A stretch of DNA of 64,000 nt from a virus. The notes beneath the pieces were generated by a model that saw only the letters and a list, made by a program, of their open reading frames with translations, was not told where the DNA came from and ran no database searches. Each line of letters begins with the position of its first letter. Position 1 is the first letter of the stretch. This document shows positions 8,434 to 17,500 of the stretch, one piece after another. The position numbers and the translations under genes were made by a program. The stretch lies in the IMG/VR virus record IMGVR_UViG_3300043774_000178, positions 1 through 64,000 of that record; one strand, 5' to 3'.

Positions 8434-10074
8434 ATGGCAGCAGCATTCTATTTAAGATTTACTAGTTGTATTCCTGGGACATCTCTCTCAGGATTTACGA
8501 CAAACATAAATCCTAATATACAACCTGGTTCAATAATTACTTTTATTGACCCTGCTGCACCATTACCTGTAACTGTATTTGGTTGTTACACAGTAGAACT
8601 TATTATTGTACTTGATGGAACACCTCCTGATTATACTGTAAACTGGACTACACAAGAATTCTTTTCAGTAATTGATTGTCCTACATGTATTGACTTAGTA
8701 AGATACATTAGACAATATAAGTTTACTGCATGCTGTGATCCAGAAGACATAGTATACTTCAGAGCAAAAGATCTTATAACAGATGGTACTTATATCTACT
8801 ACGGTTTAGATCCTACTATAGGATTAATAAATCATCATTGCTATCAAGTAGAAGAAGTAGAGATTACAGACTATGCAGAGTTTTATAATCTAAATCCTAT
8901 ATCATTAACTGATATAGAAACTGAAGATTGTGAAAGTCAAACTTGTCAAAATGCATGTGACTCATGTTTCATGCTTGAAGACTGTGAAGGTTTACAAGAT
9001 CCTATTTATACAACCTCTGCTCAGTTCTTACAATATGCTGATACAGGTCAATCAATCATTGTAAATGGATATACTAACTGTTGGACAGTAACAACTACAA
9101 CTACAAATTGTGATTGTTCTATATCTTTAATACCTGTACTTGTTTACCAAAATTGTACATCATGTACTGATCCTAAAGGATACAAACTTACAAGTTGTGC
9201 AGATCCAGAGCATATAATTTACTCTACTGATGATTTAGATCAGTATGTAGGTAAAATAGTTAAAACTGATTGTGATACTTGTTGGTCAGTTGAAGCTATT
9301 GATATAGCACCACCAGATGTACAACCAGTTGTTATTGTAAACTCTTATGATAATTGTAGAGAGTGTACAGCAGTAACTTATGAACTTAGAGACTGTACAG
9401 GAACAGCAGATCCTATATACACCACTACAGATTTATCAGATTACATAGCAACTGTTATTACCCTTAAATATTGTCCTAATATTTGTTGGATTGTTGCTGT
9501 TGCTGAAGAAGAAAATGTAAATACTGGGGATGTATACTTAGATTCAGTCTATGAAGATTGTCCTGAGTGTTATCAAGCAGTTTATCCTATTACTTGTCAG
9601 ACTGCAACTAATACAGGAGACACACCAGTTACATTAACTTATTATGATGCAAATGGTATTCGTCAAATAATAACTCTTCAAGCAGGAGTAACAACAGATA
9701 AAGCATGTTTACTTCTCTTCTTACCTAATGCTGCTGTTACTATAACAAGTTATGGTGAGTGTACTGATGGTCAATGTCCTCCGCTAGATTTAGGTCCTAG
9801 AAGAAAAGTAAAACCAGGATATAATACTAAAGCTTGTACTGCAGATTACTATGAAGAAGTAATGTGTAATTACTCAGAGTGGATGTATAGAGATGTACTA
9901 GAAAGAAGATACGGTATATCTAATTGTTGTCCTGATGAATTAATGAAATGGGAAATAAGAAAAGAAATGCTAGAACTAGATGTACTAATCAATCCTGATT
10001 ATACATGTTTACCTGCACCTGATTGTGGATGCTGCAATCCGGTACAACTAACAGCTAGGTCTTGCGGGTCTTAA
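8434..10074 (+). CDS. Cys-rich repeat structural (fibre/decoration) protein
   Basis: About 4-5 repeats of roughly 65 aa: L.DC...DPIYT...L..Y....CW.V...Y..C..C. Confidence 0.55.
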   Translation: MAAAFYLRFTSCIPGTSLSGFTTNINPNIQPGSIITFIDPAAPLPVTVFGCYTVELIIVLDGTPPDYTVNWTTQEFFSVIDCPTCIDLVRYIRQYKFTACCDPEDIVYFRAKDLITDGTYIYYGLDPTIGLINHHCYQVEEVEITDYAEFYNLNPISLTDIETEDCESQTCQNACDSCFMLEDCEGLQDPIYTTSAQFLQYADTGQSIIVNGYTNCWTVTTTTTNCDCSISLIPVLVYQNCTSCTDPKGYKLTSCADPEHIIYSTDDLDQYVGKIVKTDCDTCWSVEAIDIAPPDVQPVVIVNSYDNCRECTAVTYELRDCTGTADPIYTTTDLSDYIATVITLKYCPNICWIVAVAEEENVNTGDVYLDSVYEDCPECYQAVYPITCQTATNTGDTPVTLTYYDANGIRQIITLQAGVTTDKACLLLFLPNAAVTITSYGECTDGQCPPLDLGPRRKVKPGYNTKACTADYYEEVMCNYSEWMYRDVLERRYGISNCCPDELMKWEIRKEMLELDVLINPDYTCLPAPDCGCCNPVQLTARSCGS

Positions 10075-10109
10075 TATTATTTAGTATATTATAATATATT
10101 GTATATAGC

Positions 10110-11669
10110 ATGAAGCCTTTAAATTTAGATCATTCTCCTTGTAGTCCAATATCATCTAACTGTGTGATATGGCAAGGACCAGATATTCCATGTATTAAAC
10201 TTTGTAAGGGTGATACGATAACTGATGTAGTATTCAAACTTGCTACTGAGTTATGTACTATAATGGATACTCTCAAAGTAACAAGTTATGATCTAGCGTG
10301 TTTCAATCTTGCAGAGTGTGCACCAAATACATTTCAAGAGCTTATTCAGTTTCTTATTACTAGAATCTGTGCTCTTGAGAATATTGATCCAGCTACAGTA
10401 GTTACTACAACAACATCAACTACAGGAACTAAATCTCCTGCAGTAAGTAACTTTCTTCTTACAGCAGCACCATGTTTTGGTGGAGGAACTGTTACTCTAA
10501 TAGAGTATGTAGATCTAATTGCTAATAGAGTATGTAGCATTGTAGATGATATTGCTCAGTTAAACATTGACATCTCTTCATTAGATATTAGAGTTAGTGC
10601 ACTAGAAGCTGCAGTACCTCCTGTATATACTACACCTACATTTACATTAACTTGTGCTATAGGAACAACTCCTCCTTTAGCAGCAGGAACAACTCAGGCT
10701 ATCAATACAGTACTTGAGAAGTTTATAAATGAAGAGTGGTGTCCAATGAAAACTGCATTGGGTACACCAGCTGATATATCAGCAGCAATTGCAACACAGT
10801 GTGTAGCCGGAACAGATTTAGCATTAGCTGTGCAATATACTTCTCCAGGAACAATTATGCAAGTAGCATATCCTACATATGTTGCTGCTCCTGTTTCTCT
10901 TGCTGACTTTATTAATAATACTTGGCTCGCATTATGTGACCTTAGAGATAGAGTTGAAAACTGGGAGAAAGAATCAGTTGTAGCTGCTGGTAATAATGTT
11001 ACAGTATCTTCATCTACAGTAGCTAATGTTACTACATATACTGTAAATGCATTAAACACTGTAATAGTAGCAGCTGATGATATAACAGTAACACCATCTG
11101 GACCAGTAGCAGGAGTCACAACTTATACAATAGGTAGAACTCCAGCAATCAATTTTTATGCTGAAGCATTAACTCCTGTAAATATAGTAGCAGATCCTGG
11201 ATTTGCAGACTTAGTATATTTTCAGCCTACAGGTTATACAGGATTAACTTATACTAATGCATCTGGTGTGACTAAGGATTTCATTGTACACGTTTCATAT
11301 CAAACAGAATCATCCTTTACATCATCTCCCCCTATTGGAGGTTTAACAAACTGGGTAGACGGAGCAATAGTAAAAAATCTAGCAACAGTTGAGTATGAGA
11401 ATTTATCTAGACCAAGTATATCATTCTCAATGTTTGACACTGTAACAAATTCAGTTGTTACATCAATAACAGCAGAAACTGTAAACACAAGTCCTAGTAG
11501 TGATCCTATTGACTTAACTGCAAGTGATAATTCAGTTCTAAGAGAAACGGTAAATTTCTTTAATAAGATAACTCTTAATGCTGCTGAAAGCGCATCACTA
11601 TTTTTTAGAAGTAGAGTAGGTACTACAGGGAATCTACTTAAAGCTCAAATTTTTGTTCAAGAATTATAA
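10110..11669 (+). CDS. tail fibre / receptor-binding protein
   Basis: N-terminal C.PISSNCVIWQGPDIPC anchor motif, a coiled coil (LDIRVSALE), V.AG.NVTV...VTTYT repeats and a beta-rich C-terminus. Confidence 0.65.
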   Translation: MKPLNLDHSPCSPISSNCVIWQGPDIPCIKLCKGDTITDVVFKLATELCTIMDTLKVTSYDLACFNLAECAPNTFQELIQFLITRICALENIDPATVVTTTTSTTGTKSPAVSNFLLTAAPCFGGGTVTLIEYVDLIANRVCSIVDDIAQLNIDISSLDIRVSALEAAVPPVYTTPTFTLTCAIGTTPPLAAGTTQAINTVLEKFINEEWCPMKTALGTPADISAAIATQCVAGTDLALAVQYTSPGTIMQVAYPTYVAAPVSLADFINNTWLALCDLRDRVENWEKESVVAAGNNVTVSSSTVANVTTYTVNALNTVIVAADDITVTPSGPVAGVTTYTIGRTPAINFYAEALTPVNIVADPGFADLVYFQPTGYTGLTYTNASGVTKDFIVHVSYQTESSFTSSPPIGGLTNWVDGAIVKNLATVEYENLSRPSISFSMFDTVTNSVVTSITAETVNTSPSSDPIDLTASDNSVLRETVNFFNKITLNAAESASLFFRSRVGTTGNLLKAQIFVQEL

Positions 11670-11677
11670 CTAGTAAA

Positions 11678-12166
11678 ATGGCAAATTGTAAAACCTGTGG
11701 ATGTGGTAATAATATAGATTGTGGATGTAAAGATTCTTATCTTACAACTCCACCACCATGTCCTACTCCAGTAGACTGTCCAGAGGCACAACCTTGTTCA
11801 GAAGTATTTGATTCTCAATGTATCATATACTCAGCTACAGATATTGTATGTTTACAAGATACAATTGTAAATCAAGATGATACTGTACAGACAGCATTAC
11901 AAAATATTGCAGATTACTTTTGCCAAGAAGTAAATGCAAGAACAAGTAAGTATTCTACTTTACAAACATTAGTAACTGAGACACCAACAACAATTACACA
12001 CAACTTAAATACTACAAATATTGTAGTTTCAGTTACATCAAATTCAACATTACCATATACAGCATATGTACATGGTACTGATTATAACTATACAGTTGAT
12101 ACTAGTAATACTATCTCAGTAACCCTAGTTACAGGAGCTACAGTGAACATTACTGTTATTGGCTAA
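11678..12166 (+). CDS. small Cys-rich fibre-associated protein
   Basis: Shares the CSEVFDSQCIIY...C anchor-like motif with the previous protein; C-terminal ITHNLNT domain. Confidence 0.55.
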   Translation: MANCKTCGCGNNIDCGCKDSYLTTPPPCPTPVDCPEAQPCSEVFDSQCIIYSATDIVCLQDTIVNQDDTVQTALQNIADYFCQEVNARTSKYSTLQTLVTETPTTITHNLNTTNIVVSVTSNSTLPYTAYVHGTDYNYTVDTSNTISVTLVTGATVNITVIG

Positions 12167-12202
12167 AGATGTCGCAGTTTGTTGGTTTCTGTGACTAACA
12201 AA

Positions 12203-12241
12203 AAACCCTGGGTGCTACCTCTGCCCAGGGTTTGTATTTTC
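12203..12241 (+). terminator. intrinsic terminator hairpin
   Basis: AAACCCTGGGT-loop-GCCCAGGGTTT followed by GTATTTT. Confidence 0.7.
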
Positions 12242-12289
12242 TGTATATTTGCTATAGTAGATAATTTTTTGTATATTAAATAGTATGTA

Positions 12290-12871
12290 ATGCATAACAA
12301 GTATAATTTACCAGATGTTAAAGCCCCAAGATTTAGACAAAATGGTTTTGATGTTTTGACAAAAAAGTTCTTTGATAATTTTAGAAGTAAGTATCCTAAG
12401 CATAAGAATATAACAGATTCTGAAATTAGGAATATAGTAAAAAGGTTTAATGAGCTTATGTGGGAAAACATAATAGAATATAGAGATGGTGTTCAGTTTC
12501 CAGAAGGTATAGGTACACTCTTTATTGCAACATGTCAAAATGCAAAAAGTAAAAACATTGACCATGTAAAATCTAAGAAGTATGGAGTTAGTGTAAGTAA
12601 TACTAATTGGGAAACAGATGGTAAACTAGCTAAAATATTCTATACAAGTTATGCAAGTAAATACAAGTTTGAATACAGAGAATGTTGGGGATTCAGAGCT
12701 TGTAGAAATTTTAAAAGGGCAGTTGCAAAAACATACCCTGAAAACTGGACAATGTATGTTCAGGTTGACCCAGTTAAAAAACTTAGAAAACTTTATCTAA
12801 AAGATACTTCTAAACATTATTTTAGAAAGCTTGACAAGAACTTAGAAGGCTATAATGATTTTGAAATATGA
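12290..12871 (+). CDS. IHF/HU-like DNA-binding protein of the crAss tail module
   Basis: EIRNIVKRFNELMWENII...GVQFPEGIGTLFI fits an HU/IHF fold pattern. It sits just before the ring and muzzle genes, as in crAss-like phages. Confidence 0.6.
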   Translation: MHNKYNLPDVKAPRFRQNGFDVLTKKFFDNFRSKYPKHKNITDSEIRNIVKRFNELMWENIIEYRDGVQFPEGIGTLFIATCQNAKSKNIDHVKSKKYGVSVSNTNWETDGKLAKIFYTSYASKYKFEYRECWGFRACRNFKRAVAKTYPENWTMYVQVDPVKKLRKLYLKDTSKHYFRKLDKNLEGYNDFEI

Positions 12872-13542
12872 CAACTGTAGCACAAGCAATATCAAGAGTT
12901 AGAGCAACTCTAAAAGCTGTTAAGGAAGACCCATTCTTGACTGATAGAAACATTTACTTTTCTATTGTTAAGTACGGTAAGACTCTTTTAAAGAGAGAAG
13001 ATAACATGAACAAGCTTATGAGAATAAGCTCGTTGTTTTCTGTACTCCCTTATATGGAGCTTATTGATGTTGACAAAGTAGAAGCAGGTTGCACAGGAGT
13101 TTACTCAGGATGTTATTTTAAAAGAACAAAAGAGAAACTACCTCAACTATTTGAAGGAATGTTTGGACCGTTATTAAGATCTGTATCTTCTATAGATTCA
13201 ACTATAAGAATGTTTAGAACAGAACCAGCAACATATGTTTCTATAACTAGATCTACAAACTACAAGTATAATAACAAGATATACTTTTGGTATAGAGATG
13301 GTTATATCTATGTAGGTAATGTTGATTGGGATGCTATAAAAATAGAAGGAATATTTGAAGGAAATAAAGCTGACTTTTTATGTCCAGCTCCTGACAATGA
13401 ATGTAAGACAAATCAAGATTTAGCTTTACCATTCCCAGAATATTTATTTTCTGAGATTGAGCAGTTTGTTATAAAAGATCTTACTACAGCATTACAAGTT
13501 CCTCCTAACGGACCAGATGATTCACAAAATGCACTTAGATAA
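12868..13542 (+). CDS. tail ring protein
   Basis: TDRNIY...C...RTKEKLP...YFWYRDGYIY...IEGIFE...P.PEYL pattern of crAss ring proteins. Confidence 0.65.
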   Translation: MTTVAQAISRVRATLKAVKEDPFLTDRNIYFSIVKYGKTLLKREDNMNKLMRISSLFSVLPYMELIDVDKVEAGCTGVYSGCYFKRTKEKLPQLFEGMFGPLLRSVSSIDSTIRMFRTEPATYVSITRSTNYKYNNKIYFWYRDGYIYVGNVDWDAIKIEGIFEGNKADFLCPAPDNECKTNQDLALPFPEYLFSEIEQFVIKDLTTALQVPPNGPDDSQNALR

Positions 13543-14582
13543 TGGACTTTAATTATACACTCAAATATAGAACGTTTGATACTCTACTTGAAGATATTCT
13601 TGTGGACTTTCAAAACTATGCATTAGAAAATATGATTGAGCCACAGACTCTAATCAAAGTGGCAAGAAAATTGAATTATGACTTAGGTCTAAGGATAAAC
13701 CAGCAGAAGGAAATAATACTTGAAATAGAACACGGAAAAGCTAAACTACCTGATGATTTCTACACTTTTAATTACGCTCTTATTTGTGGTGATTTTGCTG
13801 TTGATACTGGATATAACATAGGTGGTACTAATATACAAGAAGTACCATACAGAGAAGTTCCATCAACAGTTGATCAGTGTGCAGTACCTACAGTAAATTG
13901 TTCTGTGTGTAATTCTCATCCATGCAATAATACTGCAGCATGTCAAGGTCAGGTACGTCCTCCTCAAAACTATCTACCTGGTGAGTATGATCCTAATAAT
14001 CCATATGGAGATACTTGTATAAGACCGCGAGTATTCATGAACTGTAAAGGTGAGAATTATGAATTAATTCAAATACTAGGTACAGGTCAGAGGAGGACAT
14101 ACACTGTTCTCATTCCACTTAGAATGAAAGCTAGTCAGAATATAGATTGTGAATGTCCTAATCTATATTGGAATACTCCTAATGAAGGATGGATTAAAAA
14201 TGGTTTTCTATATACTACATTTAACTGTGGTAAAGTATATCTTAATTATCAAGGAGCATTAGAAGATGAGAATGGTGATTTACTTGTACCGGATCATGAG
14301 CTCATAAATGAGTATTATGAGTATGCACTTAAAGCTAGATTGCTTGAGAACTTACTTATGAATGGAGAAGATGTATCTCAGAAAGTACAGCTTATTGAAG
14401 GTAGATTAAGAGCAGCTAGAAATCAAGCACTTAATGTAGTTAACACTCCTAACTTTGCAGAAATGAAAAAACTCTGGTGGGCAAACAGAGTTGCAATGTA
14501 CGGGAAGTATTACAATATGTTTAAGAGTTATCCAATTGACGCAAGGTACTATAGATACAATGCTGGAATGAGAGTTATCTGA
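13542..14582 (+). CDS. tail tubular/ring protein with a Cys-rich insertion
   Basis: LEIEHGKAKLPDDF...IKNGFLYTTFNCGKVYLNY...DENGDLLVPD...YYEYAL. Confidence 0.7.
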   Translation: MDFNYTLKYRTFDTLLEDILVDFQNYALENMIEPQTLIKVARKLNYDLGLRINQQKEIILEIEHGKAKLPDDFYTFNYALICGDFAVDTGYNIGGTNIQEVPYREVPSTVDQCAVPTVNCSVCNSHPCNNTAACQGQVRPPQNYLPGEYDPNNPYGDTCIRPRVFMNCKGENYELIQILGTGQRRTYTVLIPLRMKASQNIDCECPNLYWNTPNEGWIKNGFLYTTFNCGKVYLNYQGALEDENGDLLVPDHELINEYYEYALKARLLENLLMNGEDVSQKVQLIEGRLRAARNQALNVVNTPNFAEMKKLWWANRVAMYGKYYNMFKSYPIDARYYRYNAGMRVI

Positions 14583-14583
14583 T

Positions 14584-17500
14584 ATGGCAAAGCAACAACA
14601 AGATCTAAGTCAAGATAAGAGTAACACTTTTATAAAGGGTCTAAACAAAGACTCTGATCCTTCTTTTGTACAAGAAGGAATGTGGACTCATGCGCGTAAT
14701 GCAACTAATAATACTTTTGAGGGAGACTTAGGTACATTATCAAATGAGTCATCAAATAAGTTCTGTGTACTTACAGCACCTACTGTAAATGGATCTGCTT
14801 ATATAATAGGTTCAGTACATCTTTATAGTGACAAGTGGATTTTATTTACTGCTATACACGGACCTGATCAAACTCTTCCATCAATTAATTCTGAAATAGG
14901 TTTGTTTGAAGAAGGTTTATGTAGATACAGACCTATTGTATTAGATCCTTGTTTAAACTTTAGCAAGTGGGATTTAATTACAGGAGCTGCTAGAGAGAAA
15001 GAAGATTGTACTTGGCAAGTATATTGGTCTGATGGATTAAACCCAGATAGATATCTAAATGTAGGTGATCCCCAAACATGGCCTACAGATAACTTTGTGT
15101 GGCAAGGTGATAACACTTATGCTAATCCAGCAGGAGATGTTATCCAGTGGCCTGGTGTAACATGGCAACAGATATGTACAGATTCATCAGGAGTATCTCA
15201 GACATCTCCAGGAGTGTGGCCTACAGGTCATCCAGTAGATGATTCATGTATAACTTGTGAGAATACAACAGATCTAGATTGTGATGCTTTAAGATTAGCT
15301 AGGCTAATGAAGACACCATGTATTCATGTATCTCCTGGTAAAGCAGGTGGTACATTACGTAATGGATCTTACATGGCTACTCTTGCTTATTCTATCAAGG
15401 GACAGAAAGTAACAGACTGGTTTTCATTAAGTAATGTACAACCAATATGGTTATTACCTGAACCCCAAGGTGCATTAGAGCTTGACATAGAAGCAGACAA
15501 TGATAACTTTGATGAGTTCATCTTAGTAATAGTTCAGAATATAAATCAAGGTGCTGTTGCAAAACAGATGGGTATCTATTCTACTAGTACTACTAAAGTT
15601 TATATAGATCAGATTAAAGAAGATTTAATCTCTGTACCAATTGGTCAGCTACCTATTCAGACTCCTGTGTTTGAGAAGTCTGATATAATGCTAGAAGTAA
15701 ATAACTATCTCTTAAGAGTAGGACCTACTTCAAGATTTGATTTTAACTATCAACCTCTAGCAAACCTAATAACAACTAACTGGGTATCTACAGAGTATCC
15801 TGCAAACTATTATACTCAAGGTGGATATAAACCTAGTTATCTAAGAGATGAAGTTTATGCTTTCTTTATTAGATGGATATACAATACAGGGGATAAATCT
15901 TCTGTATATCATATTCCAGGAAGAAAAGCTACAGATTATAGAATACCACAGACAGGACAGTTTTTATTTGAAAATGATGATTTAAATAACTTTGATTCAA
16001 TCTTTGCTCCGGAAAAAGTATTTGAAGTATATAATACTGCTACTGGATCCCCTGTTCCACCAGAAGTTCTTGATGATGGTGGAGTAATAATAGGTAGAGG
16101 TCCTATGGCATACTGGGAGTCATCAGAAAGATATCCTGACAATAAACCTGAAGTATGGAATGCATCAGAGCATTGTTGGACAGGTACACCACTTGATCCT
16201 AATACAGGATTGCCAATATCTGATCCAAGTTATGATTTATGCGGGCTACCAATTAGACATCATAAGTTTCCAGAAAATATTATATATAGTCCTAATGGTA
16301 TAGAACTTTCTATTACAAAACATTTTGCATCTTCTTTTGGAGTTAATGCTCAACCCAATAAAATAAGATTACTTGGTATAGAGTTTAATAATATTATTAT
16401 TCCAAAAGATAATCAAGGTAATGACATTCCTGGAATAGTAGGTTATGAAATTCTAAGAGGTTCAAGAGAAGGTAACAAGTCTATCATTGCAAAAGGAATG
16501 GTAAACAACTTAAGACCATATGATCTTAAAGTAGACCAGATTAACCCACAGCAACCATTAAAAGGATTGTATCCTAACCATCCATTTAATACTATTAGAA
16601 CTCTTAATCCTGATAATGCAATTAACGGTCCTTTAAATCCTAACTCAACAACTGGTATAAATGATCCTTACATAAAAGGTACAGATGAGAATGATGTTGA
16701 GATTAATTATACTATTGATGATATGCCTAAAAATATCATCACATTCCATTCACCAGATACAAACTTTAGAACACCTTTCTTATCAGCAACAGAATTAAAA
16801 GTTTATGGATACCTAAGAGGTAATTCTGAACAATTCTTTATTGAACCTAATGAACAACCTCAACAGAAAATACTTAAGAATATAATAGTAACTACAATGT
16901 TCTTAGGAGGTATTGTAGAAGGTTTGATTAGCTTACTTGGTAAAAGAACTATTAATTCTCCTAAAGGTGGATTCCAAAGTTTCTTTGAACTTCCAACTGC
17001 ACAAGGAACATCAGTAGGTCCTCCTTATATAGGAGTAAAAATATTTCCAAGACCGACTCAATTAGCACTAGCAAATAATACATTAAATACATATAATGCA
17101 GCGTTAAATACTTATTTTGCATCAGGTGGAGGTTCATTTGCAGATGCCTTTGCTCAAGGTATAACACTAAGTACGGGTACTAACACATTTACAAATACAA
17201 TGCTAGCTAGGGGTGGATATAAAGAAGCAGCTTCAGTATCTACAGAAGTTGGACCAGGAGGTATTCTTGGAATAGCAGGTGCAGTAGGTAACTTCTTATA
17301 CTACTTTTCAGAAGGAGCTGATCTTACACTTAGAACTATATATGCATTAGTGCCATATAGGCAATATGCTTTACAAATGTTAGGTCATGGTTTCTATAGA
17401 AGGTTTTTTGCTCATGATTTAAATCAAAGAAGAAGATTTAAAATAGAAGAAAGTTTTTACTTAAGAGATACTATTCAAGAACTTCCTCCTTATGTAAATG

